From Candidatus Latescibacterota bacterium (GTDB lineage Bacteria > Latescibacterota > UBA2968 > UBA8231), in NCBI GenBank assembly GCA_965221775.1, contig CBDCSU010000006.1:928001-992000 (forward strand): a stretch of 64,000 bases of DNA, read 5' to 3'. The notes beneath the pieces are model-generated. The model ran no database searches. It was given only the letters and a program-made list of their open reading frames with translations, and had not been told where the DNA came from. Position 1 is the stretch's first letter; each line of letters starts with the position of its first letter. Below, piece by piece: positions 29,424-39,269 of this stretch. The position numbers and the translations under genes are program-made.

Positions 29424-31373
29424 TCAGTAGGCTACGGAGACGAGGCCGATGCTCGTCTCCCGCTTCGACCCCACGTCGGCCTCGATCCGGCAGAGGTACA
29501 GCCCGGGGGGAACGAGCTGGTTCGCCTCGTCCCGGCCATCCCAGGGCCGGTCGTACTCGCCCAGGGAGTCGTCTCCCGAGTAGAGCCGCTTCACGAGGCG
29601 TCCGGAGAGATCGTGGATCTCGATGGAGAGGGGGGCCGCCGCGGTCAGGCGCAGCAGCTTGTAGGAGATGTGGACGACATCGTTGACCCCGTCGCCATTG
29701 GGCGTGAACGGATTCGGCTCGATGCGGGGCGAGAACAGGAGCGAGGCGCTCAGGGGGGCCTGCACGGTGAGTTGATCGCTGTCGATTTCGGCGATGGCGT
29801 CGCCGGGACTGACCTGCTGGCGCACCTCCAGGGGCCTCTCGGTGTCGAAGATGCGGCCGGCGAAGGGCGTGCTCACCTCGCGCAGCACCGGGGCCGTGAA
29901 GACCACCTCGAGGAGGGCGCCGCTGTCCGTCGTCCCCAGCCGCCGCGGCAGAAGGACCTCGAAGCCCTCCTCGGTGCGGGTCCAGTTCAAGGGCTCGTCC
30001 ACCGCGTCGATGCGCAGCGAATCCACCGAGACGACGGTGAAGGGCGTCGAGATCTCCAGTCCGTCGAAGCCGCCGTCGCCGTCGCGGATCGTGGGCTTCA
30101 CGTAGTAGGTGAACCGCGTCACCTCGCCGACCCGGGTCGTCACCGGGAAGATCTCGGCCACCAGCTCGCGAGCCATCGGTTTCGACGCCATGGCCTCGAT
30201 GTAGTCGACGCGGCCGCCGTCTTCCACCGTGCTCGAGGAGAAGTCGACGCGGACCTGGAAGTACTGGCGGGGACCGGAAGAGACGATCTCGACCCCGGGC
30301 TCTTCGAAGGAGTAGATGCGGGACCAGAAGCTCCAGTTCTGGATGTCGGAACTCACCCGGTCCTCCTCGTCCTGGGGCTTGAAGTGGCCCGCGAGCTTGT
30401 CGTACTGCGCCTTGTACTCGGTCACGCTGAGCTCGCCCCCGCCGTCGAGGTACTCGACCCGGTCGAGCAGGTCGGGACGGTACTCCCAGTAGATCTCCGG
30501 GTGGCGGTCGCTGCCCAGGCGCGAACGGATCTGGACGCGGGCGCGGGGATCCTGGCGGCCCGACCAGCGGATCTTTCCCCAGCTGGCGATGTCCGGCAGC
30601 TCCACGACCTCCGACTCGTACGCGGCCTCGGTCACGTAGCCGCCGCCGTAGACCTCGAAGTCGGCCAGTCCGAGCTCCCTCGGCGAGGTGCGTGTGACGA
30701 GGAGCTGGATCGCCTCGGTCGTCACCGGCGGGTCGAGCACGATGCGCATGTCGTGGTCGGAGTTCTCCTTGACCGAGGCCACCTCGCGCTCGCCGCAGGG
30801 AGGCCCGCATCGCTCCCGGTTGAACCAAGGGATCCGGTAGGTGTTGAAGACCAGGTCGCTGACACCGAGGGCGAAGGTATCCAGGTAGTGGTCGGTGCGG
30901 CCCTCGATGGGCCGGAACCGCACCTCCTTGATCAGGAACCGTCCGCCGAGATCGAAGGTGACCTTGCCCCACCATCCCCTCAGGCCGAACCGGTCCGCCT
31001 CGATCTCGGCCCACACGTAGTCGGTGGTGGGGTCCTGATCGATGAGCACCTGCCCGACGAGGGTGTTCTCGCCGCCTACCCCGATGTTGTGGTCGACCCA
31101 GACCCTGCCCCCCCGTTCCAGCAGCCCGGCGGCGAGATCCTCGTCGTCGGGGAGGAACTTCGGCACCAGCATACCGGCTTGCAGGGAGTCCTGATCGATC
31201 TGGTCCTGCACGTGCGCCGACACCCAGGGGACGTGAACAACCTCGACGCCCAACCGGTCGAGGCTGTCGCGCTCGGCCGCGGTATGGGGCTGGCCGATGC
31301 GGATGAGGGTTGCACCCGAGGCGCCGTGGGCGAGCAGGCCGGCGACGATGCAGGAGAGCAGGCAGGAGCGCAT
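29424..31373 (-). CDS. Secreted protein with FlgD-Ig/CHU_C-like C-terminus (paralogue 3)
   Basis: PNPFTPNGDGVND, HDLSGR, WDGRD..PPGLY, ends VSVAY. Confidence 0.8.
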   Translation of the reverse strand: MRSCLLSCIVAGLLAHGASGATLIRIGQPHTAAERDSLDRLGVEVVHVPWVSAHVQDQIDQDSLQAGMLVPKFLPDDEDLAAGLLERGGRVWVDHNIGVGGENTLVGQVLIDQDPTTDYVWAEIEADRFGLRGWWGKVTFDLGGRFLIKEVRFRPIEGRTDHYLDTFALGVSDLVFNTYRIPWFNRERCGPPCGEREVASVKENSDHDMRIVLDPPVTTEAIQLLVTRTSPRELGLADFEVYGGGYVTEAAYESEVVELPDIASWGKIRWSGRQDPRARVQIRSRLGSDRHPEIYWEYRPDLLDRVEYLDGGGELSVTEYKAQYDKLAGHFKPQDEEDRVSSDIQNWSFWSRIYSFEEPGVEIVSSGPRQYFQVRVDFSSSTVEDGGRVDYIEAMASKPMARELVAEIFPVTTRVGEVTRFTYYVKPTIRDGDGGFDGLEISTPFTVVSVDSLRIDAVDEPLNWTRTEEGFEVLLPRRLGTTDSGALLEVVFTAPVLREVSTPFAGRIFDTERPLEVRQQVSPGDAIAEIDSDQLTVQAPLSASLLFSPRIEPNPFTPNGDGVNDVVHISYKLLRLTAAAPLSIEIHDLSGRLVKRLYSGDDSLGEYDRPWDGRDEANQLVPPGLYLCRIEADVGSKRETSIGLVSVAY

Positions 31374-31469
31374 GGATTCGCCTCCTCCACGGACGGAAAC
31401 CGCCGTTACGGTAGCTAGCCCCTTCGGGAGCCGTCAAGCGCCGCGGCGCCCCCCGGAGAGACCGCTTTC

Positions 31470-32849
31470 TCAGCCTTTCTGGCTGCAGACGCGGAAGGAG
31501 TAGAGGTTGGCATCCTCGACCCCGAGACGCAGCTGCACGGTGCGCCCCCTGAGCCCGCCCAGGTCGCTGCGCCCGCCCCAGTCGACGAGGGCGTCCGTCT
31601 CGTCGCCGCGGAAGGGGGTGCACTGCCCGGCGGCGAAGCCGGGGATGGCCCGCCCCTGTTCATCCTCGATCTGCACGGTGATCCCGCCGCTGCCGTCTCC
31701 AGGGGCCCCGGGGGTCGGACCGCTGGTGGCCGCGTTGAGCCGCAGGTGGTCCCCCTTCCAGGTGAAGGGACGGGTGAGCGCGTGTCCCGGGCTCGTGGCA
31801 TCCAGGGAGCAGAACCCGTCCAGGCGAAGGGTAGCCAGGCCGATGCGCCCGTCCTGGTCGGCAGCCGGAGCGTTGTGGGGCACCTTGAAGCCGGAGTAGA
31901 ACAGCCAGATCCGTCCGTCCTTCTCCACCGGCGCCGAGACGGGGTAGATCTGCGTGTCATCGAAGGCGCCGCCCGGGTACTCGTTGGTCGGCACCAGGTG
32001 CATGAAGAGCTTGCGGTCGGCCGTTCGGTCCCAGAGCGACCCGTCGCGGCTGGAGACGAGCTGCATGTCCAGCGTCTGCGGGTACGTGTGGTACACCCAC
32101 AGAAGGCCGAGGTACTGGCCCGCGAAGGGAAAGGCGGAGAGCCCGTAGAACTGTGTATCGGGCGGGTCGAAGGCATCGGGAGCCAGAATGCGGCGGGTTG
32201 GCCCCCATTGCACGAAGTCGTCGCTCACCATGCGCGATACCATGCGCAGCGGCCGGGCCGGCGTTCGCGTCTTGTGGTACAGCCAGTACTCGCCCGATGC
32301 CGGGTCGCGCATGACGCTGAAGGTGTCGCCCGTCGCCCGGCGGGGGATGACCGGGTTGTCCTCCCACGGTGTCCAGCGGACGCCGTCCCCCGAGAAAGCG
32401 GCATGGATTCCGTCGCCCGCCGACGGCCACCAGAGCAGCTTGTAGCGCCTGTCCGGATCCGCTTCCGCCCCGTCCTTCAGGACGCAGTGCGTCCACTCCA
32501 CGTCGCGGAGAAGGATGTTGTTCGCCGTCGATCCGCCGAACTCCACAAGACCCAGTTCCGGCTTCTCCCAGTGGACGCCGTCCGCCGAGGTGGCGTAGCA
32601 GAGGTTCTTTCCGGCCTCCGGCTTGTCCCGGCTCGGCTGGGCGTTGTACCACATCTTGAAGCACCCGCCCTCCTCGTCCCGGATGACCGTCCCCGGCTGC
32701 AGGACCAGGTACCCCTCCCAGGGCCTGTCGGGCCGGAGGACCGGGTTGTCCCGGTGCTTGACGGGGTGATGGAGCGAGCGCCAGACGTTCTCCGTATGGG
32801 CCAGCATGGCGTCGTCGCAGAAGACCCGCAGGCCGTGGCGTGGATGCAT
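31470..32849 (-). CDS. Beta-propeller glycoside-hydrolase-like protein (GH32/43/130-type fold)
   Basis: NPVL..DRPWE, YATSADGVHWEKP, SRDG..W, C-terminal LRLDGF...LYSF sandwich domain. Confidence 0.7.
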   Translation of the reverse strand: MHPRHGLRVFCDDAMLAHTENVWRSLHHPVKHRDNPVLRPDRPWEGYLVLQPGTVIRDEEGGCFKMWYNAQPSRDKPEAGKNLCYATSADGVHWEKPELGLVEFGGSTANNILLRDVEWTHCVLKDGAEADPDRRYKLLWWPSAGDGIHAAFSGDGVRWTPWEDNPVIPRRATGDTFSVMRDPASGEYWLYHKTRTPARPLRMVSRMVSDDFVQWGPTRRILAPDAFDPPDTQFYGLSAFPFAGQYLGLLWVYHTYPQTLDMQLVSSRDGSLWDRTADRKLFMHLVPTNEYPGGAFDDTQIYPVSAPVEKDGRIWLFYSGFKVPHNAPAADQDGRIGLATLRLDGFCSLDATSPGHALTRPFTWKGDHLRLNAATSGPTPGAPGDGSGGITVQIEDEQGRAIPGFAAGQCTPFRGDETDALVDWGGRSDLGGLRGRTVQLRLGVEDANLYSFRVCSQKG

Positions 32850-32857
32850 CGGATCTC

Positions 32858-34342
32858 TCAGACGGGCGGGGGCGTGAACTGCAGGCTGTACAGGTCGGCG
32901 TCACTGAGGGCGAAGCGCAGGCGCACCGGTTGGCCGGCCAGTCGGCTGACGTCGGCCAGACCGTTCCAGGTGACCTTGCGGTCCAGGTAGTCGCCGTAGA
33001 TCTCGTCGCAGTCGCCCAGGGCGTACCCCTTCAGCGTCTTGCCGTCGCCGTCCTGGATCTCGACGCGCGCCGAGCCGGCGGCGGACGTGGCCGCGTTCAG
33101 GCTCAGGGCCCCGCCGTCGAAGGTGAAGGGCCGCGTGATCAGCTCGCCCCCCCTCAGCGGCGCGTTGGCCGAGACGAAGCCGTCCAGGCGCAGCGTGAAG
33201 CGCCGCAACCGGGAGCCCTCGCCGCCGAAGAATCCCTCGCCGCTGAAGATCGACAGCTCCCTGGGCGCAGTGGGAAGGTCGCTGGCCGTCTCCAGGATAC
33301 CCCAGGCCGTCATGTTGTTGCGGCTCCCCCAACGCCTTTGCTGCGGCCCGGGCCGCACGAAGGCCTCTCCCCAGCGCTTGAAGTGCAGGCCGTCGCGGCT
33401 GGTCATGTAGAGGCCGTCCGAGACGCCGGCGGCCATGCTGCCGGGCATGCGGCGGTCCGGCACGAAGCGCTTGGGGAAGCCCATGTAGATGTGCGGCGCC
33501 CGGTAGTAGGGGGTCACGGCGTTGGTGTAGAGGTGCTCGACGGGCGCGTCTCCGTACTGGAGCAGCTGCGGCTTTGTCCAGCGGCGGAAGTCCGTGGAGG
33601 TGCAGGTCATGATCTGGCGATAGCGCACGCCCCCGGGGTAGATGGAGTCGCGGTGGTACTCGACATAGCAGCCGCGGCGCGGTTCCCAGAAGGCCAGGTT
33701 CTGCGAGTCGAAGACATTGGTGCCCGCCGTGTGATCCATCACCGGCTCTTCCGACAGCAGGCTCCAGTGCACCCCGTCCGGCGACTTGAAGGCGAGGAGG
33801 GCCTGCTCTTCATGGTTGCGCGCGCTCGGGCTGCCCAGGGCCTTGTACTCCTCTCCCTCGCGGCAGTCCGGATTGCTGTCGCGGAAGGGCGTGAAATCGA
33901 GCGCGCCGGGGCCGTCCCAGATGATGTTGTTGCGCGTCGAGCCCTTGTAGCTCACCAGGCCCAGCTCCGGCCGGTACCACTCGATGCCGTCGCGGCTCTC
34001 GGCGTAGCACACGACTGGTTTGTAGGCGCCCGACGGGCCGTAGTGGGAGCCGCGGTAGTAGGCGCGGAACAGGTTGCCGTCCTGGAAAACCGTGTGGTAG
34101 GCGCTGGTGTTTCCCTCCCACGGCGCGTCGTGGTCGATGGCCACGTTCCGCGGCACCGGTTTCTGCAGGCGCAGCTCGACGCCGGAGAGCCGCTCGATCA
34201 GGTAGTCGTCGACGAACAACTCGCGCCGGTCGCCCAACTCGATGACGCCCGCGGGGGCGGCCCCCGCCGTCGCCTTGCCGGCCGCCGGCCTCTTCTTCGG
34301 CGCCCTCTTCGCCTTCGCTTTCCCTGTCTTGCTCCTGGCCAT
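32858..34342 (-). CDS. Beta-propeller glycoside-hydrolase-like protein
   Basis: RRELFVDD, YAESRDGIEW, FDSQN, TSRDG, LRLDGF...LYSL. Confidence 0.7.
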   Translation of the reverse strand: MARSKTGKAKAKRAPKKRPAAGKATAGAAPAGVIELGDRRELFVDDYLIERLSGVELRLQKPVPRNVAIDHDAPWEGNTSAYHTVFQDGNLFRAYYRGSHYGPSGAYKPVVCYAESRDGIEWYRPELGLVSYKGSTRNNIIWDGPGALDFTPFRDSNPDCREGEEYKALGSPSARNHEEQALLAFKSPDGVHWSLLSEEPVMDHTAGTNVFDSQNLAFWEPRRGCYVEYHRDSIYPGGVRYRQIMTCTSTDFRRWTKPQLLQYGDAPVEHLYTNAVTPYYRAPHIYMGFPKRFVPDRRMPGSMAAGVSDGLYMTSRDGLHFKRWGEAFVRPGPQQRRWGSRNNMTAWGILETASDLPTAPRELSIFSGEGFFGGEGSRLRRFTLRLDGFVSANAPLRGGELITRPFTFDGGALSLNAATSAAGSARVEIQDGDGKTLKGYALGDCDEIYGDYLDRKVTWNGLADVSRLAGQPVRLRFALSDADLYSLQFTPPPV

Positions 34343-34542
34343 CCCGGGGTCCTTTCTGGTTTGGCAGCGATCCTGCCGATCAGCCTGTGGGGCTCTGGCG
34401 CCGGGCTAACGAAAGACCCGCTGTCCCCCCGGGCAACACGCCGCGGGAAGCCCCTCATCCGCCACCCTCTGCTCACCCGGCCCGCCCCGGCCGGGGGACC
34501 GTCCGGGGTGCATGAAGAGCCGGGCGCCTCCGGGCGGGGGCT

Positions 34543-36507
34543 TCAGATCTGGGTGAGGAAGCTGCCCGTGGTGCCGGTGAGGTAGTCGATCACCAGGAAC
34601 ACTCCCGCCCCCACGATCTCGCCGAGGATCAGCCCCAGGAAGAAGGGCCGCAGGCTGCGGTAGAGGCGCACCCCGCCGTAGCGCAGGATCAGGTACTTCA
34701 GGCACCAGGCCAGCAGGGCGCTGCAGAAGATGTGGCCCGTCTTCCAGTTGGCGGCGATCGTGAACCCCAGCGGGTTCAGCGGCCACCACACGAACTGGTG
34801 GCGGGCCCACATGAGGGCCGACATCACCCCTCCCCCGAGGAGCATGAACTGCACGGCGTCCCAGCGCGGGCCCTCGGGCGCTTCCGCGATGCGCGGGGTC
34901 ATGTCCATGGGACCGAAGTGCGTGGATTGCCAGGCGAAGAACAGGGGGTTGAGGTTGATGCCCCCGTGCTCGTAGGCCATGACCAGCGTGATATAGGAGG
35001 AACCCGCCAGGCTGACGAGGATGGCGACGACGATCGCCCAGAACAGCCGCCGCTTCGGGCCGCGGATCATCTCGCTCATCTTGAGCCCGTTGGCCACGGA
35101 GGACATGACGAAGGAGCGGATCTCCGAGTGCCAGCCGTAGGAGAAACCGAGGGCCACCAGGCCCTGGGCGCCGATGGCGGAGGTGCCCACGGTGGAGATC
35201 ACGAAGGTCGAGGTCATCAGGGGAGGGCGCATCGCCGGGATGCCGCCCTCGGCGACGACCCGCGTCAGCGCCAGGAACAGGACCATGGCGCCGAAGACGA
35301 AGAGCAGCGCCACGGGAAAGGGAAGGCCGATCGCCGACAGCCAGAAGGCGACGATCAGCAGGCCGGCGACGAGCCCGAAGAACGCCTGCCGGTAGGTGAG
35401 GATCTCGCCGCTGTCGTCGACCTCGCGGGACCCGCGGAAGGCCCTGGCCGCCACCTGCCGCAGGTGCCTGCGCGCCACCCACAGGCCGACGAGGACGAAG
35501 ACGATCATCGCTCCCAGGCCCTGGTGCGCGAGGAAGGGGTCCTCGGAGTAGAAGTCGATCCGCTGGGTGCTGCGCACCCCGAGGACGTTGAAGATGCCCC
35601 GCTGCAGCCGGACGAGGAGGTAGAAGACCCAGATCGAGGCCGAGATGTCGAGGCTGACGAAGTAGAAGAACCCCGTCCACGGCGGGCTGAACCAGAAGCT
35701 GAGCCAGGTCTCTCCGAACAGGGGCAGGCCCACGGTGCGCTCGAAGCGGGGAAACTCCGGGAAGTAGCTGTTCAGTCCGATGGCGCTCAGCAGCAGGAAG
35801 GAGACGGCAAAGCCCAGCCACATCGTCCTGTTGGTGAAGAACGAGCGGCCCACGGCGCCGCCCTCGGCCCGCTGGATCATCTCCATCGGCACCTGCACCA
35901 GAGCGTAGCTGAGCCGCTCGTTGTCGACCCACTGCCGGCGCAGGATCACCATGGCGCAGATCATGGCGAAGCCGAGGGCCAGGAAGAAGCCGAACCACAG
36001 GGTCAGAGGCAGGACCCAGGCGGCCCAGGGGATGGAGGCGCCCGCGGGCAGCCCCTCGAAGAAGTAGCGGGCCACGCCCTCGCCGCGCGGGATCATCCAC
36101 TCGGGGATGTACTGATTGTAGAGCTCGTCCCAGTTGTTCTCCGGCGTGGCGTAGTACGTCGAGCCGAGGAGGCAGGGGATGATGAACTGGGTGAAGCCCA
36201 TGCCGGGGATGCAGCAGGCCACCACCAGCATGACGTAGATCGTGATCAGCTCGGCCCGGGTCAGCGCCAGCCACCGGTGCAGGAGGCCGACGGCGCCGCT
36301 GGCCAGGACGAGAAAGAAGAAGAAGAAGAGCGCGGCGGGGGTGCTGAAGTTGAGGGTCAGGTACGACCCCTGGATCGCGTTCGTCGCGTAGGTGTCGCAG
36401 ACGTTGAGCACCAGGGACAACACGGCCCCGATGAGGAGGCCCCGCAACGGGATCCCCCGCGGATCCCCCGCCGGAGGTCGATCGCTCTGCGGCGGCGGCG
36501 CCGTCAT
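34543..36507 (-). CDS. Polytopic membrane protein, DUF6785/DUF6784-like putative transporter (copy 2)
   Basis: 654-aa paralogue of 14903-16867. Confidence 0.8.
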   Translation of the reverse strand: MTAPPPQSDRPPAGDPRGIPLRGLLIGAVLSLVLNVCDTYATNAIQGSYLTLNFSTPAALFFFFFLVLASGAVGLLHRWLALTRAELITIYVMLVVACCIPGMGFTQFIIPCLLGSTYYATPENNWDELYNQYIPEWMIPRGEGVARYFFEGLPAGASIPWAAWVLPLTLWFGFFLALGFAMICAMVILRRQWVDNERLSYALVQVPMEMIQRAEGGAVGRSFFTNRTMWLGFAVSFLLLSAIGLNSYFPEFPRFERTVGLPLFGETWLSFWFSPPWTGFFYFVSLDISASIWVFYLLVRLQRGIFNVLGVRSTQRIDFYSEDPFLAHQGLGAMIVFVLVGLWVARRHLRQVAARAFRGSREVDDSGEILTYRQAFFGLVAGLLIVAFWLSAIGLPFPVALLFVFGAMVLFLALTRVVAEGGIPAMRPPLMTSTFVISTVGTSAIGAQGLVALGFSYGWHSEIRSFVMSSVANGLKMSEMIRGPKRRLFWAIVVAILVSLAGSSYITLVMAYEHGGINLNPLFFAWQSTHFGPMDMTPRIAEAPEGPRWDAVQFMLLGGGVMSALMWARHQFVWWPLNPLGFTIAANWKTGHIFCSALLAWCLKYLILRYGGVRLYRSLRPFFLGLILGEIVGAGVFLVIDYLTGTTGSFLTQI

Positions 36508-37133
36508 CGCGGGCCGGACTTGCGGCGCCTCACGCGGGGATTCCGCGCCCGGCCGGCCGTACAGCCGCCCGGCCCGGGTGGGGAGGCGGTCGAACTCTTC
36601 ACCGCGGCACGATTCGGGCGCAGGAGGAAGTCCTCCGGAGTAGATCAGGACACGCGGGAGGGGGTGCTGCTGCGATCCGGGGGCGCGGGCATCCCCTACG
36701 TGCCGGGGACTCCCCCGTCCGCTCTACGGACGGAAATTAACAGGGACCGGTCGGCCTCTGGCAATGCTGTTCTCCGCCGGCCAGGGCGTGCTCCTCGGCC
36801 GGCCGAGGGCGGCCATCCGGGGATGGGAGCCGTGGTGCACCTCTCCGGACAGGCGCTCGGCGGCGTCCCCGGAGGCGCGTCACAACCATCCGGGTTTGGC
36901 GGCCACGGCTGGAGGAGGAGGCTTGCCGAAGGATCCCCGAACAGAAAACCCCGCCGCTTGCGGCCGGTTCCCGCCGACGCTGCGACGGCCTCTTTTCGCT
37001 TGCCCCGAACCTGGCCATGGAGTACCGTTTTCTGCAGAACCGTTCGCGGTTTCCTCCTCTGGTTGTTCGCGAGCGCCCGTTCGCCACCTTCATCTCACCG
37101 GGAGACCCCCGGGAGAATCAAAGGAGAAGAACG

Positions 37134-38036
37134 ATGAAGGGAGCTTTCACATCCGCACTGGCGATCGTCCTCGCTGCGGCCGTCGCCACTTCCGCCCACC
37201 AACGGCCGGACGACAACTTCGCCGCCGTGCAGGTCCCCATCAACGCCGATGGCGTCCGTTCCGTCGTGATGGACGGCGACCTGGGAGAGTGGGACAACGT
37301 GCCCTCCGTCTTCTGGACGACGCAGGACGATCTGACCGAGGCGATCCACGGTCTGGGCGATCCCGATCCCGCCAACCTCGCCACGCGCATCATCCTGGGG
37401 TGGAGCCCGGAGACCAACCTCTTCTACTTCATGGAAGAGCGCTTCGACGACCTGTTCTTCGGCTATACCGACACCAACTACGAGAACACCGAGATCGCCA
37501 TCGACTTCGATCACAGCGGCGACGAGCAGTTCAACGATGTCGCCGGCGCGGGTCTCGATCCGGAGCGGTGGGAGGGAGCCCTGACGCAGAACTACCGCTG
37601 GCAGCTGCACATCGAGGGCGAGTTGTTCCTGTGGGGCGCGGCCCCTTGGGCCGGCGAGAGGCCCTACGCCGGCGTTGAGTACAACATCGAGGGCGACACC
37701 GACGGCGGCGCCGTCAACCTCTTCGTGGAGATGTGGGTGACGCCCTTCGACGACTTGCCCACCAGCTCTTCGGGCATCGACGATTCCGATGTCGTCGTCC
37801 ACGATCTCACCGAGGGTGAGATCATCGGCGTCGGCTTCGCCGCCGTAGACGACGATGTCCCCGCTGACGGCGGTTACAACGGCTACTGGATCAACAGCGG
37901 CAACGTCAACCTCTACTTCCTGGCCAATGCCTTCGTCGACTACACCCTGCTCGGCTACGACGCGAGCATCTGGGTGGCGGAGACGGCTGTCGAGCAGGAC
38001 AGCTGGGGCCGGGTCAAGGATACCTTCGCCAACTGA
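37134..38036 (+). CDS. Acidic secreted protein with CBM9/DOMON-like fold and C-terminal TAVExxSWGxxK motif
   Basis: AAGGAG RBS; signal peptide; MDGDLGEW; ends TAVEQDSWGRVKDTFAN. Confidence 0.75.
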   Translation: MKGAFTSALAIVLAAAVATSAHQRPDDNFAAVQVPINADGVRSVVMDGDLGEWDNVPSVFWTTQDDLTEAIHGLGDPDPANLATRIILGWSPETNLFYFMEERFDDLFFGYTDTNYENTEIAIDFDHSGDEQFNDVAGAGLDPERWEGALTQNYRWQLHIEGELFLWGAAPWAGERPYAGVEYNIEGDTDGGAVNLFVEMWVTPFDDLPTSSSGIDDSDVVVHDLTEGEIIGVGFAAVDDDVPADGGYNGYWINSGNVNLYFLANAFVDYTLLGYDASIWVAETAVEQDSWGRVKDTFAN

Positions 38037-38080
38037 AGGGAACGGCGCTGCCGTCGCCGCAAGAGACGGCTGATACCATG

Positions 38081-38118
38081 GGGGGCGAGATCATCCGATT
38101 CTCGCCCCCTTTTTTTTC
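38081..38118 (+). terminator. Rho-independent terminator
   Basis: GGGGGCGAGA ... TCTCGCCCCC followed by a T8 tract. Confidence 0.88.
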
Positions 38119-38150
38119 GTCCCCCCACGGAAACAGGAGGGTTTGCTCTG

Positions 38151-39266
38151 ATGCCGCGGGTCCTGTCCAACCGCACCGTCGTCCGCGACGGCTGGCACAA
38201 CATGTGTTCCGACCTCTGCTACTGGCGGGACACGTTCTGGCTGGTCTACGATCGAACCTCGGCACACTCTGCCCCCGACGGCGTCGTCGTCCTGCTCCGG
38301 TCGGCGGACCTGCAGCGCTGGGACGAGGTCGCCGTCCTGAGGACGCCCAACGACGCCCGGGACGTGAAGCTGGCGGCCACCGACGACGAGCTCTTCGTGT
38401 TCTGCGCCGACAGCTGGTATGAACCGGTGGCCGGACGGGTACGCCAGGTCGTCGACCCCTACGTCTTCACCTCCGACGACGGCTACAGGTGGTCGGCGCC
38501 GACGAGAGCATTCAACCGGAACCACTGGCTGTGGCGCGTCCAGTTGCACGAAGGGGTGTTCTACTGCGCCGAGAAGGGGGGAGAACTCCTCTCCAGCCGG
38601 GACGGCCGCAGCTGGACATCCGTCTCCAGGATCCCCGCCGAGCCCGAGGGCGCAACCCCGCAGGAGCTGCGGGAAGCCCGCGAGCTGGACCACCGCACGA
38701 CACCGCGGTTCAACGAGGCGGACGTCATCTTCCGCCCCGATGGCGAGCTGTGGTGCGTCTCCCGGACGCGGCGGGAGAATCAGCACTCCCTCCTCTACAC
38801 TTCCAGCCCCCCGTACGAGGAGTGGTCCTGCGTGGATCTGGAGACGCTGATCCACTGCCCGGCCCTGTGCGAGTCCGCGGGCAAGGTGTACGTGGCCGGC
38901 CGCCGCGACCCCACGGCGCCGTGGGTCCCCCAGCACACGCCCGCGGGCAACACGGGGATCTTTCTGCTGGAGCGGGATGGCGTGACGCCGGTCTTCGCCC
39001 TGCCCAGCGACGGCGACGCGGCCTATCCGGGCCTGCTCTGCCTCGAGGCGGACCGGCTGATCATCAGCTACTACTCGCAGCACGCCTATCTGAGCGGCGC
39101 CATCGAGGGCGAGAAGAAGCCCCTTCACCACATCGAGCGGTGGGGCACTCTGCGGCGGGAGGCGCCCCCGGCCGGCTACGAGCTCTCGCACTTCAAGTCC
39201 GGACCTGCCGACATCTTCGTCGCCGAGATCGACCTGGAGGCCGAGGACGCGGGCTCGTCATTCTGA
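38151..39266 (+). CDS. BNR/Asp-box (sialidase-like) propeller protein
   Basis: Asp-boxes SDDGYRW and SRDGRSW; LPSDGDAAYPG, ISYYSQH; AGGAGG RBS. Confidence 0.65.
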   Translation: MPRVLSNRTVVRDGWHNMCSDLCYWRDTFWLVYDRTSAHSAPDGVVVLLRSADLQRWDEVAVLRTPNDARDVKLAATDDELFVFCADSWYEPVAGRVRQVVDPYVFTSDDGYRWSAPTRAFNRNHWLWRVQLHEGVFYCAEKGGELLSSRDGRSWTSVSRIPAEPEGATPQELREARELDHRTTPRFNEADVIFRPDGELWCVSRTRRENQHSLLYTSSPPYEEWSCVDLETLIHCPALCESAGKVYVAGRRDPTAPWVPQHTPAGNTGIFLLERDGVTPVFALPSDGDAAYPGLLCLEADRLIISYYSQHAYLSGAIEGEKKPLHHIERWGTLRREAPPAGYELSHFKSGPADIFVAEIDLEAEDAGSSF

Positions 39267-39269
39267 CGG

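Noticed and set aside
36750-37045. Sigma-54 promoter candidates (TGGCA..., TGG...TGCA)
   Set aside because: GG-N10-GC spacing is not satisfied
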